Virus record (IMG/VR): IMGVR_UViG_3300034524_000084
Location: 1 to 64,000 of that record
DNA: 64,000 bases
Direction: 5' to 3' (one strand)
Origin: a virus
The position numbers and the translations under genes are program-made. Below are positions 1 to 11,000 of the stretch, in pieces; position 1 is the first letter of the stretch; every line of letters begins with the position of its first letter. A model generated the notes under the pieces. That model made no database searches and was not told the origin of the DNA. It saw only the letters and a list, made by a program, of their open reading frames with translations.

Positions 1-554
1 TATTTTACAGTATTTTTTTCGAATTTGTTTATTTTAGAATCAACAAAACACCTAATACATACATTTTTTAAACCATCTTTACCTTTTGGTTCTTTATAGA
101 AAAATTCCTCAGTAGCAGGTAACCATCTTTTGCACTTACTGCACTGTTTCCATTTGTAAGGTGTTTTTACCTTACTCCAATAGACAAAATCATATTTCCA
201 CGCCAAATCATTTTCCCGCTTAATTTTCCTACAAATACTGCGTATTATTCCTTCCACAACGTCGCCACGCAAATTGAGCTCTTCCGCAATATCTTGCTCA
301 TTATATCCAATCATATATAAATTCAACACTTCTTTTTGCCTTTTCGTAAAATTACAACGTTCAATCATTCTATCTAAATCAGTATACAAACAAATAAGCT
401 CTTCATTAATACCACCAGTATCAACTTCATTATGTATCATCGCATCATACATATACCTATACTTGAGTAAACCTCTAATTGTATCCTCATCAGTTAGGGA
501 AACATTTTTCCATTCATATTCATCATCGTGTATATCAATTTTAACCCTTGCCAC
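1..554 (-). CDS. Sigma-70 region-4-like HTH protein with C-terminal Cys zinc ribbon (reaches window edge)
   Basis: Not in the ORF track because no complete stop lies inside the window. Read manually from GTG at 554 with GGAGGT RBS: MARVKIDIHDD...FTKRQKEVLNLYMIGYNEQDIAEEL...KQCSKCKRW...NVCIRC; open to the edge. Confidence 0.75.
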   Translation of the reverse strand, partial: MARVKIDIHDDEYEWKNVSLTDEDTIRGLLKYRYMYDAMIHNEVDTGGINEELICLYTDLDRMIERCNFTKRQKEVLNLYMIGYNEQDIAEELNLRGDVVEGIIRSICRKIKRENDLAWKYDFVYWSKVKTPYKWKQCSKCKRWLPATEEFFYKEPKGKDGLKNVCIRCFVDSKINKFEKNTVK

Positions 555-575
555 ATAAATTACCTCCAATCATTA

Positions 576-1013
576 TTATTTTAATGTGCTATCATTAAAT
601 TTTTTATATAACCATTTAACATCAATTCCAACAAACATTTTTCTTATCCATTCTGGATTAAAAGTTTTATCTATAAGTTGTTGAAATTCTTTATCTTCTT
701 TGAGCAATGCCTCCCAAAAATTATCAAAAAATATATGCTGGCGAAAAACAAACACCTGTATAAGTGCATCCCAAAAACTATTTTTCTGATACCCCATACC
801 ATCAACAAATATTCTCCAAGCTTTTTTAATTAACCCACTCCAATAAGATGCCAACGTAATAAGATTTATTTTATCTTCTTTTGTAAACTCATAATCTGTA
901 TGCTTGTATTTATATACTGATTCATAACATTTTTCATATAAATTAGGCATATCTGGAATAAAATTTTGCGCAAAATAAGAACTAATATTTTTTATTTCTT
1001 TCAAATCTTCCAC
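576..1013 (-). CDS. Hypothetical protein
   Basis: 145-aa ORF with AGGAGG RBS, in a minus-strand operon. Confidence 0.7.
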   Translation of the reverse strand: MEDLKEIKNISSYFAQNFIPDMPNLYEKCYESVYKYKHTDYEFTKEDKINLITLASYWSGLIKKAWRIFVDGMGYQKNSFWDALIQVFVFRQHIFFDNFWEALLKEDKEFQQLIDKTFNPEWIRKMFVGIDVKWLYKKFNDSTLK

Positions 1014-1040
1014 AATATCCTCCTCCTTAAAATCATTATT

Positions 1041-1385
1041 TTATCTCGCTTTGAAATAATTATATTTCACTCTTTCTTTAGTAGGTAATATTTCTTTTAT
1101 ATCTTCGAGTGCCTTCTGTGTGGCTTCTTTTGTAGATTTACACATATAATACACAAAAATCCAAATCACTAATAGCCAAGACAAAGGATGCCATAATCTT
1201 ATATATATCCACCAATAATCATTAACATAGTAGGGGACTATAGCACCCATATAAAACAATATCTTGCCCAATAATTTTAATTCTTGTTTGGTTCGCTTTT
1301 TGGTAAAATATCTCTCGTCAATATACACACAATTCACCTCCTTATCATTATTATTTTTATTTGCGTCTAAAATAAAATTTCCCAC
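1041..1385 (-). CDS. Hypothetical membrane protein
   Basis: 114-aa ORF with hydrophobic segments; start uncertain (an RBS at ~1336-1342 suggests a later start). Confidence 0.6.
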   Translation of the reverse strand: MGNFILDANKNNNDKEVNCVYIDERYFTKKRTKQELKLLGKILFYMGAIVPYYVNDYWWIYIRLWHPLSWLLVIWIFVYYMCKSTKEATQKALEDIKEILPTKERVKYNYFKAR

Positions 1386-1520
1386 GCTTTAATTATATCA
1401 CACAACCATAAGTTTGTCAACATTTACAACCAAAAATCTTTATTAATATTATATATCATTTTAAATTTTCTGTCAATACCTTTATGAAAAATTTTCATAA
1501 AAAATTTTTATTCTAATCTG

Positions 1521-1548
1521 TTGACAAATAGGAAATTTGGTGTATAAT
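1521..1548 (+). promoter_or_regulatory. SigmaA-type promoter of the recombinase
   Basis: TTGACA-N16-TATAAT upstream of AAGGAGGT RBS. Confidence 0.65.
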
Positions 1549-1585
1549 AAAATTATAAACCACGATTGTTAAGGAGGTATATCAA

Positions 1586-2647
1586 ATGACTGCTTTAGAA
1601 ATAGCAAGAAAAAATGTGACAGGTTTTAAAATAGATAGTGTTGATAGCGCAATAAAACTATTTTTAGAAGAGAAAAAACTTAAAAGCGAAAACACAGCAA
1701 AAAATTATAAAATCCACATAGAGGAATTCTTAATGTATTGCTTAGGTAAAACATCTAATATCAAATGGGAGGAAATACTAAGCATTACTTACAATGATGT
1801 ATTACTATTTAGAAATCACTTGCTTAACAATAAACAACTGTCTCCACGCAGTATCAATTCAAAAATGGGTGCATTAAGAACATTTTATAAACACTTATAC
1901 AAAATCAATAAAGATATTGACCTTGATGTTATGAATGTTGACCCACTCCCAGAAGGCAAAAAAGAGGATAGAGCATGGGGGACATTAACAGAAGATGAAG
2001 TGCAAAAATTATATGAATTTTGCGAAAAAGAATATTATAAACCAATTACAAAAAGAATGTTTTTTGAAACCGCAATAGTTACTGCTTTGAGAAAAGAAGC
2101 TTTACTCTCTATGACTTGGGATGATATACAACAAAAGCAAGACAAATCAGGAGCAATGGTGTGGACTATATGCGTAAGAGATAAAGGCGGTAAGTATGAT
2201 TACAATCCAATTACAGATGAATTTTATAATAGGCTACTGCAAGTCAAACAAGAAAATGATGTCAATGATAATAAAGTATTTCAAATCAACGAAAAAACAT
2301 TAGTTAAAACATTAAAAGATTTCTGTAAAGCTAATAATATAGACGACGATAGAAGAATAACATTGCATTCCCTTAAATCAGCAAGCGGAGCAATTGTATA
2401 TAAGGCTACTGGAGGAGATATAGTTGCTACTTCAAAACATTTACATCATTCCCAAATAAACACAACATACCAACACTATGTAGGTAAATTCACAAACCTC
2501 ACATTAAAACCTTCATATAGCGTGTTTGGAAAACAAGTATCAATCAAAGATTTAGAAAAATACTCCAAAGAAGAATTATTAGAAGCCATAGCAAAAAGTG
2601 GAACATCAACAATAAGAGAAATATTAAGCCATCTCAAAAGGGACTAA
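1586..2647 (+). CDS. Tyrosine recombinase (XerC/integrase family)
   Basis: N-terminal SAM-like domain; TALRKEAL (R), KGGK (K), HSLK (HxxR with R to K), LHHS (H), TYQHY (Y). Confidence 0.88.
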   Translation: MTALEIARKNVTGFKIDSVDSAIKLFLEEKKLKSENTAKNYKIHIEEFLMYCLGKTSNIKWEEILSITYNDVLLFRNHLLNNKQLSPRSINSKMGALRTFYKHLYKINKDIDLDVMNVDPLPEGKKEDRAWGTLTEDEVQKLYEFCEKEYYKPITKRMFFETAIVTALRKEALLSMTWDDIQQKQDKSGAMVWTICVRDKGGKYDYNPITDEFYNRLLQVKQENDVNDNKVFQINEKTLVKTLKDFCKANNIDDDRRITLHSLKSASGAIVYKATGGDIVATSKHLHHSQINTTYQHYVGKFTNLTLKPSYSVFGKQVSIKDLEKYSKEELLEAIAKSGTSTIREILSHLKRD

Positions 2648-3686
2648 AAACTAGTCCCATTTTTTATAAACAAAATCAATGTAAGAAATAAAATTTTTAT
2701 AAAAAATAACAAAAAAACAATAAAAAATACATATTTTTCGTGAAAATTAATAGAAAAATCATAAATTTTAGCAAATTTTCGTAAATAAAAAGCAACAAAC
2801 TTATTTTTAAAAAAAAGAGAATTTGTATGTATTTGATAATTGGTAATGGTTATTAAACAACTAAAATTTGTAAAAAAATAATTGATTCCAATTATGTATT
2901 TTAAAATTATAACAATTTTCTATAGCAGCCTTTTAGAGAAGAGTTTTTTCTTTAAAGGTATAAACATATTACCCTACATTTTAAAAACGATTATAGGGCA
3001 AATTTGAGCACCTAACATTTGGAAATTGTATTTTAAGCATATTAGTAATATACTTTTACGCAATTTTAGTGAATTGTCTAAAAGTATATTAAAAAGCCAC
3101 TTTTAAGCAATTCAAAAAAATAATATTTTAGGGTATACCCTACCTAAAACAACAAAAAAAATAAAGCTTATTCAAGGAGAAAAATAGGTAATATTTGTAA
3201 ATAAATATAATGTTAGTCTAAAAATTGTTGTGTTTAAAATTAAAAACACAGCAAAATCAAGGATTAGAGGAAATTTAACTACAAAAAATTCTCTGTAGGA
3301 GGCTTTTAGACAAGAGATAATTTTCAAAAGGTATAAATATATTACCCCTTGAATTAACTCTTCTCTATTGTCATTTTTGGAATTTTCTAAATATTCAAAT
3401 GCCCTATTTTACTGCATTTCAAGGTTGGGATAAACTGGAAATATAATAGGGTATACCCTATATTTTTAATGCTATTTTTTTATTATTTTTATTTCCAATT
3501 ACTGGTGCAATAAGAGAAAGAGAATATTAAATTTGTCAGAAAATTTTTAATTATTAAAAAGCTTTAATACCTTTTGTGCACTATATATTATTATTTATAT
3601 TAAGTGTTACTACTAATCTAAGTATAGTAGTTATTCTTAGTATAAAAGATTTAATAAATATATTGAGTATTATTATTATTTAGTGT

Positions 3687-3760
3687 ATACTAGATTTCTA
3701 GTATATAAAATAATAAAATAATATATACTAGATTTCTAGTATATAAAATAATAAAATAAT
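3687..3760. repeat. Tandem duplication of a palindromic unit
   Basis: ATACTAGATTTCTAGTATATAAAATAATAAAATAAT twice in tandem; each copy contains an ATACTAGA/TCTAGTAT inverted repeat. Confidence 0.85.
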
Positions 3761-4493
3761 AATTGTTATTAAATATAAAATATATATTAAGTTTTTATTT
3801 TAAAAATATAAAGTATAATTATTATTTTATTGTTTTATATTATAAGTTTTATTTAATTTATATATTATAATTTTATAAAATAAAAATAAAAATTATTTTA
3901 TATTAATGTTTATCTTAATATTATTATAAATTAGTTTATTTATATTTAATTAGTATAATATAATAATTATTATTTCAATTTAAGTTAATCTAGAATCTAG
4001 TTAAATATATCAAAGTATTATTATTTTAAAATATATAATCTAAAAAATAATAATTTAATTTGTATTTACTTATTGTATTGTATTTTTATTATTTTAGTAT
4101 GTTTTATATATAAATGTTTACTAGTTATAATAATATATAATAATATAAATAGAATTTTAATAAATTTTTTGATAATTTAATAAACTGCTCAGTACAAAGT
4201 AAAATTGATTTATTTTTGTAGAAGTATAAACTTAAAAATACTGCTTTCTTTCAACCTTGATATGGTAATTAGTAATACTGAATATTTTGTTAGAAAGTTT
4301 ATACTCAGAATAAAGATTATACTATAGTAAGAAGGATAATTATATTTTTGAGTATATTATGAGAATATTTCTCTAAGATAGTGGTTACTAATTATAGCAA
4401 AGTAAGCTAAAGTATATATAAGCCGCTTCCATTTTATGCTAAAAAAGTAAAAATGACGCAATATATGAGGGTAGGGGAGGCGGTGCGTAGCGC

Positions 4494-4786
4494 AATCGGC
4501 GACGCCCGATTGAATTTTGCTTTTGGATGGCTTTGTAATATGGTTTTGGACTGGTTGAATTGTATTGCAATATGGGTTTAATCGGGGAAAACCGATAAAA
4601 GTATATTAAAAAGCTATTTTTAGGATTATACTTTAGCATAGTGAAGTGTAATCGGGAGAATCCGATTAAAATGGTATTAGTAATATGAAAAAATGACGAA
4701 ATCACAATAAAATGGAAAAAATTTTATGAAAATACACATAAAGAAAAGTATATTAGTAAGCCTATTTGAATCGGGAGCGTCCGATT
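4494..4786. repeat. Four AATCGG-N6-CCGAT(T/A) inverted-repeat sites
   Basis: Copies at 4494-4511, 4580-4597, 4650-4667 and 4769-4786. Confidence 0.85.
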
Positions 4787-5571
4787 AAGGATTTGGGTTG
4801 TTGAATTGGAAAAAATGGAAGAAATAGGTTGTAAAATTTGAGGGTAATCGGATGGAAAATTAAGGTAGGTAGGTGAGATGATGAGCTTGGGCAATTCTTG
4901 GCATTTCTGGTTATCTTTTCCTTTGAAAATATGGCAGTATATAGGATATGAATAAAATTTCGATAAAATTTTTTGTGCTTTTGGTGGCATATAAATATAC
5001 TTATACACCACAATTGTGTATACAATTCATACAATTGCGTAAATTAATAAAAGTATATTAAAATTTGAATTTTATTATGGTAGATCGTGGTAAATTATGG
5101 GAATGTAAATTATAGTAAATTATATTGGTAAAAATTAGGATATTAATGTGTATTAAAAAAACGATACACTTTAATACCATAACACGACAAACTTCACAGA
5201 AGAGATTTAAAATTGTTATGGTTTGACCATAACAATTGTATTTATACAATCACAACAATTTTTAATAATTTATTTTAAACAATTGATTTTAAATTTATAC
5301 TCATTTCAATTTTGTACTCATTACAATTTTATAATTATTATTAACTAATAATTATTTTATTTATCATTTTATCGACAATAATTGTTATATTGCTTAAAAT
5401 CATATTTTTAATACTATTTTAAAAATATGTTCTATATGGAACATTTTAAATTGTATAAATTGTTTATACATTTATAAAAAAATTAAAAAATTCACCAAAA
5501 AAATCTATTGACATGATAAAATAATAATGATATAATTATAATAGAATCAATCAAAAAAAGGAGGAGTAAAA

Positions 5572-5835
5572 ATGATAAATGTAAAATTTTACAAGGAGAA
5601 TGGAGAATTAAAAAAGTGTACTATAGAAGAGTTTTACGACATAATAAAAAATATAAAAAATACATCTCAAAAAATTTGCGATAACTGGAACGATAAAGAC
5701 AGTTTGGAAATAGTAGAAGTTTTTCTAAAATTTGAAGTAAAAAGAATAATAAGATACACAATCATTACCGATTTAGATTCAGGAATTATTTCCCAACTAC
5801 GTATAGATACTTTGATAAACTTACAAGAGGATTGA
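5572..5835 (+). CDS. Hypothetical early protein
   Basis: Own promoter, GGAGGAG RBS, hairpin plus U-tract over the stop. Confidence 0.75.
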   Translation: MINVKFYKENGELKKCTIEEFYDIIKNIKNTSQKICDNWNDKDSLEIVEVFLKFEVKRIIRYTIITDLDSGIISQLRIDTLINLQED

Positions 5836-5945
5836 AAAATCCTCTTCTTTTTTTTAAAAAATATAGAAAATCTATTGACATATAATAATAATAGTGATAA
5901 AATATAATCAGTAAGGAAAAATAAAAAATAAGGAGGAAGAAAAAA

Positions 5946-6365
5946 ATGGATGCTATTGCAAAAATAGAAATTTTTATAAACGGAGAAATAGAAGGAGAGG
6001 TTAGCATTACTGTTGTATATGTATATTTTCGGGAAGATTTTATCTCCAAAAAAAAGGAGGATTTGATAGAAAAAATAAGAAAAATTTTGAAGAAATATAG
6101 TAAAATTACAAGTGTAAGTATAGAATTAGAAAAAAAAGATAATATAGCTGATGTTTATAAAAAAATAAATGGTATTAGATTCAATTTTCATGAGAATATA
6201 CTAGAAAAATACGATAAAGATTTTAGATGTTATGTTTTCTATAAAGGATTTGATACTGACAATCAAACAAAAAAAGAATTATTCAAAGAAATAGAAAATA
6301 TTTACAACGACGCACAGGAAATATACATACAAGAATTACAAAAAAAGCTCCAAGAAGTGGTTTAG
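5946..6365 (+). CDS. Hypothetical early protein
   Basis: Own promoter, AGGAGG RBS, terminator AGAAGTGG/CCACTTCT plus U-tract. Confidence 0.75.
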   Translation: MDAIAKIEIFINGEIEGEVSITVVYVYFREDFISKKKEDLIEKIRKILKKYSKITSVSIELEKKDNIADVYKKINGIRFNFHENILEKYDKDFRCYVFYKGFDTDNQTKKELFKEIENIYNDAQEIYIQELQKKLQEVV

Positions 6366-6382
6366 ACCACTTCTTTTTTTAT

Positions 6383-6528
6383 ACATAGAACTAATAAAAT
6401 TTTTGACGACTGGAATACACCAGAGAGTGAATACATCACAGAGATATATTTACAACATTTTCCGCGAAAAACAACATAGAACTAATAAAATTTTTGACGA
6501 CTGGAATACACCAGAGAGTGAATACATC
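6383..6528. repeat. Perfect 55-bp direct repeat separated by 36 bp
   Basis: ACATAGAACTAATAAAATTTTTGACGACTGGAATACACCAGAGAGTGAATACATC at 6383-6437 and 6474-6528. Confidence 0.9.
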
Positions 6529-6733
6529 TTTTGCAATAAATCCTGCAAAAAATTTATAAAAAAAATTAAAAAATTCACCATTATATAACAGATAACAATT
6601 ATTATAACAGCAACACATTATTAATTAATAAAAAAATAAAAAGATTTTTTTAAAAAAACTATTGACATAATATAATAATAGTGCTAAAATATAATTAGCA
6701 AATCAAAAAAGTAATAAAAAGGAGGAACAAAAA

Positions 6734-6985
6734 ATGAATAGATTCGAATTGTCAAATTATGTAATTTCAAAAAATTATACAAAAGAGGAAATAAAAAACA
6801 TTTTGCAAAAGATTGATAAAAAAATAGAATTTTTACAAAAAAAGTTTAATAATAAATATGATAAAATTGAGATAGTTAATGCTATTATAAAAAATGAAAA
6901 AACTTTAATAATAAAAATGTTTTTCATTCTTTATCTTCAAAATCTTCTAAGTTTAAATTTTGAAGACTTAGAAGAAGTTATTTAA
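6734..6985 (+). CDS. Hypothetical early protein
   Basis: Promoter plus GGAGGA RBS. Confidence 0.7.
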   Translation: MNRFELSNYVISKNYTKEEIKNILQKIDKKIEFLQKKFNNKYDKIEIVNAIIKNEKTLIIKMFFILYLQNLLSLNFEDLEEVI

Positions 6986-7085
6986 ATAAAATCTCTATTT
7001 TAATAAAAAAAAATTCAAAAAAATGCTTGACTCTATAATAATGATGTATAATTAAAATAGAAAATCAATTAAAGGAGGAATAAAA

Positions 7086-7487
7086 ATGTTTTTAAATTAC
7101 AATTATAGAGCTTTTCCTTCTGAAAGAATGAAGGCAGTTTTTAAAATTTTTAACATCTTGGAAGGCTTAAATGAAATAAGTCAGAAATCAAAAGATTTTT
7201 CCAAAAATGCAAAATCTTTACTTGCTATAACAAGCGTACAAGCAAAGAAAGAAATAGACTCTATTATCAAGAGAGAGCACTTGATAATAGAGCTCTCTCA
7301 AATCACAGACAATCATAGTGGCGATGCTAAAGAGCATCGCTGGACTATATCGTCTCTGGAAGAGATGGCTTTTCAGAGGTGGTATAAGGATAGAGCTGGG
7401 AGTATCCCAGAGATTTCCATTACCGTCAAGGATAGAGACGGCAAGGAAATCTTTAGCATTAGTTATACGGAATGGGTAAAATTATAA
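7086..7487 (+). CDS. Hypothetical early protein
   Basis: AAGGAGG RBS; followed by GAGAGAGT/ACTCTCTC-U terminator. Confidence 0.75.
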   Translation: MFLNYNYRAFPSERMKAVFKIFNILEGLNEISQKSKDFSKNAKSLLAITSVQAKKEIDSIIKREHLIIELSQITDNHSGDAKEHRWTISSLEEMAFQRWYKDRAGSIPEISITVKDRDGKEIFSISYTEWVKL

Positions 7488-7632
7488 AAAAATATCCTCA
7501 AAAGAGAGAGTAGTAAACTCTCTCTTTTTTTATAACCAGCAAAAATTTTATATATTTTTTATAGAAAACACTTGACAAATATAAATGATGATGATATAAT
7601 TATAACAGAAACGAAAAAGGAGGAATAAAAAA

Positions 7633-8016
7633 ATGGTTAAATTGGATTATATTCATTTGCAAAAATTAGAAGGACTGGAAAGAGAGAGCATTGTCTACTC
7701 TTTCCAGGAGGTAAACAGTATTTTACAAAAATGGGCTATTGAAGATAGCCCAGATTTTGGATATGACAAGACAATTATAGAAATTTTTTATCAAGATGGA
7801 AATAAATTATCTTTTAGATTTGATTTAAGTAAAAAGCATAAGGGAGGAGTTAATATAACAGATTTCATTAAAAATGAATTAGAAATATATGCAGGCTTGA
7901 GGAAACCTTATTACATGACAGATGAGCAATATCAAGAATTTTTATCAATTTATATAACTGAAGAAGATAGACAAAAAGCAAAAGAAATTTTACAAAATTA
8001 TCAGTTAGAGGACTAA
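7633..8016 (+). CDS. LPD25-like (large polyvalent protein-associated domain) protein
   Basis: GYDKTxIxIxxxDG...RFDL pattern, recalled as typical of LPD25. Confidence 0.55.
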   Translation: MVKLDYIHLQKLEGLERESIVYSFQEVNSILQKWAIEDSPDFGYDKTIIEIFYQDGNKLSFRFDLSKKHKGGVNITDFIKNELEIYAGLRKPYYMTDEQYQEFLSIYITEEDRQKAKEILQNYQLED

Positions 8017-8302
8017 AAAGTCCTCTTTTTATTTTTTATTCATAACAGAAAATTATTATTATGTAATAAAATTTATTTTTTTAAAACTGCAAGATTAAGA
8101 AAAGATGTAATAGAATAAAAGGACTGATTTAGTCCTTTTATTTTTTATTTATAACAGAAAACTATTATTATTTAGCAATATATAACAGCTTGAATTATTC
8201 AGAATATTTAAAATATAAAAACTTCAATTTTGCTCTTGACATACAACAAAAATAGTGATACAATTATGATAGAATAAAAAAATTAAAGGAGGAATTTTTA
8301 AA

Positions 8303-8485
8303 ATGAAAACATATTTAGTTATTGAAACAGGAGTTTGTGATTCTCCATGGTGTCCAGGCTATCATTTTACAAGTGTTACTAAAGTTTTCAAAAATAAAGA
8401 AAAAGCCGAACAGTATTTGTTTGGCTTAAAAGAAAAAAATCCTCACTCACATTTTACAATTGAAGAAATAGAATTGCAGGATTAA
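8303..8485 (+). CDS. Small hypothetical protein
   Basis: Promoter, RBS and terminator; CDSPWC motif. Confidence 0.7.
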   Translation: MKTYLVIETGVCDSPWCPGYHFTSVTKVFKNKEKAEQYLFGLKEKNPHSHFTIEEIELQD

Positions 8486-8669
8486 AAAAATCCTGCTTTA
8501 TTTTTTTTGTTTTAAATTGTCTTATAATTCTAAAAAATAATAATATTTATTTATATAACAGCAAAATTATTAGAAAATTTAAAATATAAAAACTTTCGAT
8601 TTTCCTATTGACATATTTAAAAAATGATGATATAATTATAACAGAAACGAAAAAGGAGGAATAAAAAAA

Positions 8670-8819
8670 ATGAGCGAAAAAGAAAAAGAAAGAATACATC
8701 GAGAGATTCAAGAGCTTTCTTTAAAAATAAAGGAAGCTCTTGAGGAAAATGATGAAGACTATTATTATTATTTAATAGAAAAAAGAGAAATTTTATATTA
8801 TTTATTGGAGGAGGAATAA
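8670..8819 (+). CDS. Small acidic hypothetical protein (49 aa)
   Basis: Below the ORF-track cutoff; MSEKEKERIHREIQEL...LLEEE directly after a promoter and AGGAGG. Confidence 0.65.
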   Translation: MSEKEKERIHREIQELSLKIKEALEENDEDYYYYLIEKREILYYLLEEE

Positions 8820-8823
8820 AGAA

Positions 8824-9081
8824 ATGAAAGGAAAATTTTTTGTTGTCAGAGAATTTATACCCTTCAAGAAAGGGTATAAATTCCATGTTGTTGCGACTGA
8901 ACAGGCGAATAACATGCGCCATTGGAGTTATACTCATATGGCATCTTTTTATCGAAAAGAAGATGCCGAGGAGTATGCGGAGTTAATGACAGAAAAATAT
9001 AAAAATTATATGTCTCCTGCATTTTATATACAAGATGCAGAAGGTGGAGAGAGTGCTATCGGTTATTATTGTAAAGATTGA
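8824..9081 (+). CDS. Hypothetical early protein
   Basis: GGAGGAGG RBS; AGCGGTAT/ATACCGCT terminator. Confidence 0.75.
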   Translation: MKGKFFVVREFIPFKKGYKFHVVATEQANNMRHWSYTHMASFYRKEDAEEYAELMTEKYKNYMSPAFYIQDAEGGESAIGYYCKD

Positions 9082-9476
9082 GCGGTATTAAATACCGCTT
9101 ATTTTTTTATGTTTTTTTAAAAAATAATTATTATTAATAAAAAGTAAATTTTAATGCTATTAATTTCCATTCCACTATGGTTAGATTAAATTTATAACAG
9201 CAAGCACTTTATAGTTAACTATATAACAGTTAATCTTTAAATTATCAAAAAATGTAAACGATTGATTTTGAACTATAACAGCTTTACAAATTTAAGTCGA
9301 TGTTTATTATGTTTTATATTTTTATATATTTATATAAACATTTTATATAGGTAATTATTATTGTTAGAAAATTCTTAATATAAAAACTTCAATTTTTTTA
9401 ATAAAAATATATTGACAAGTAAGAGTAATAATGATATAATTATAACAGGACAAAAAAATAAAGAAGGAGGTATAAA

Positions 9477-9815
9477 ATGAAACGTTTAACTTCTTTTAAG
9501 CGCATAAAACCTTGTGACAGAAACAGGAACTATGAAGAAATAAAAAAGGTAACATCTGATAAGTTATACAAAAAAATGAAGGAATATTTTACAAAATACA
9601 CTTATGTGATACTAAATGAGTTTGAAAGAGCTAATCCTGACAAGATTCTGGAAGAATTTGCCATAGAAGAACTACCAGACATTAACATAAAGGAGGTGGC
9701 AGTTGGTTTAAGTGGAGGGGATTATAACATTTTATACATTCTGAAGAAAAGTATATCCCTAAAAGAATTTATGAAGTTTTATAAAATGTTACATGAGTCA
9801 CATTACAAGAAATAA
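9477..9815 (+). CDS. Hypothetical early protein
   Basis: Promoter plus AAGGAGGT RBS. Confidence 0.75.
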   Translation: MKRLTSFKRIKPCDRNRNYEEIKKVTSDKLYKKMKEYFTKYTYVILNEFERANPDKILEEFAIEELPDINIKEVAVGLSGGDYNILYILKKSISLKEFMKFYKMLHESHYKK

Positions 9816-9949
9816 AACAAGAGATTTTTTTAAATATAACAGCAAAATTATTAGAAAATTTAAAATATAAAAACTTTATTTTTTCTCTTGACAAATAAAC
9901 TTAATAATGATATAATTAAATTAGAAAATTTAAGGAGGAGGAATAAAAA

Positions 9950-10333
9950 ATGTTGACAGTTAAGGATATTTTAGATTGGGGAGAGTTAGATGTACAGGTA
10001 TTAGAAAATTGGCTAAATGTAGCTGAAAAATTTGGAATCACATTAGACGAAATAAAAGAAGAACTAGAGCATGAGGAAATGGACAAAACTGATATTAACA
10101 GCTGGTATTATATGACAATGTATTTGATAACAGAAGCAATAACAGATGAAATATTTGAAGTCGTAGATGGCGATGAAAGGATTATGGAAAAGGCTAACAA
10201 ATTAACATTTAATTTTGAACCTTACATTAATTGCATGGATTCTCATTTTAACAATATTCTTGATGAAGTAGATTTTACAAAAGACAAAGAAGAAATTGTC
10301 AATGAAGTTATTGAAAAATTAGAAAGAAATTAA
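9950..10333 (+). CDS. Highly acidic hypothetical protein (possible DNA mimic)
   Basis: D/E-rich 127 aa; own promoter. Confidence 0.75.
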   Translation: MLTVKDILDWGELDVQVLENWLNVAEKFGITLDEIKEELEHEEMDKTDINSWYYMTMYLITEAITDEIFEVVDGDERIMEKANKLTFNFEPYINCMDSHFNNILDEVDFTKDKEEIVNEVIEKLERN

Positions 10334-10508
10334 TTTTCATAACAGGGCAGGGCTTATGCCTTGTCCTGTTATAACAGAAGTTTTAGGGTACTTATAAAGG
10401 GTTAAAATAAACACGGAGGATTTGTATAACCTACTTGTTAAAATTCAAAATAATTGGGAATATATAACAGCACAAGATTAAAAAAATAAAAAAAGAGGAG
10501 GTTAAATT

Positions 10509-10820
10509 ATGTCAAGAAGGTTAACTTTTGAATACATAGCTGATAATAGATTTAAGAATTATTGGGGAGAAAATGGATTTGACTATTTGGAAAACTTAGA
10601 CAAAAAATTAAAAGAAGTATTATCAAAATATGATTGTTTACAATTAGAAGAAACAAATCCGAGAGTTATTCATTTTCCAGGAGATCCAAGTATTGGGGAG
10701 CCACCAAACGTGCAAATTAGAAAAAAGTATTATATAACAAAAATAGGAAGAAAATTAACATGGGATGATGTTTATGAGCTAATAAACAGTGTAAAAGCTC
10801 CAGTATATAAATTTATATAA
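10509..10820 (+). CDS. Hypothetical protein
   Basis: GAGGAGG RBS. Confidence 0.72.
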   Translation: MSRRLTFEYIADNRFKNYWGENGFDYLENLDKKLKEVLSKYDCLQLEETNPRVIHFPGDPSIGEPPNVQIRKKYYITKIGRKLTWDDVYELINSVKAPVYKFI

Positions 10821-11000
10821 ATTAAAAAAGGGAGGGTTTAAAATGTCTTTGAAAACTTACACAAGAAAAAGCAAGGATTTAATAGTAAGAATGGGAATAA
10901 ATAACGTAACAAAAAAGAAAAACTACAAAAAATTTTATAACAGATATAACAGAAGGAAAACGAGAGAAGAAATAAAAAATATAATGAAGGAGGTATTAGT

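Larger units (their letters stand above)
2650..5500. other. Long AT-rich non-coding region, candidate replication origin or control region
   Basis: No credible ORF. Extremely AT-rich core ~3560-4170, palindromes and several repeat families; the plus strand looks C-rich to the left and G-rich to the right (qualitative). Confidence 0.55.

Noticed and set aside
4439-5249. Short minus-strand ORFs in the non-coding region
   Set aside because: No RBS, they overlap one another, and their composition is low-complexity.
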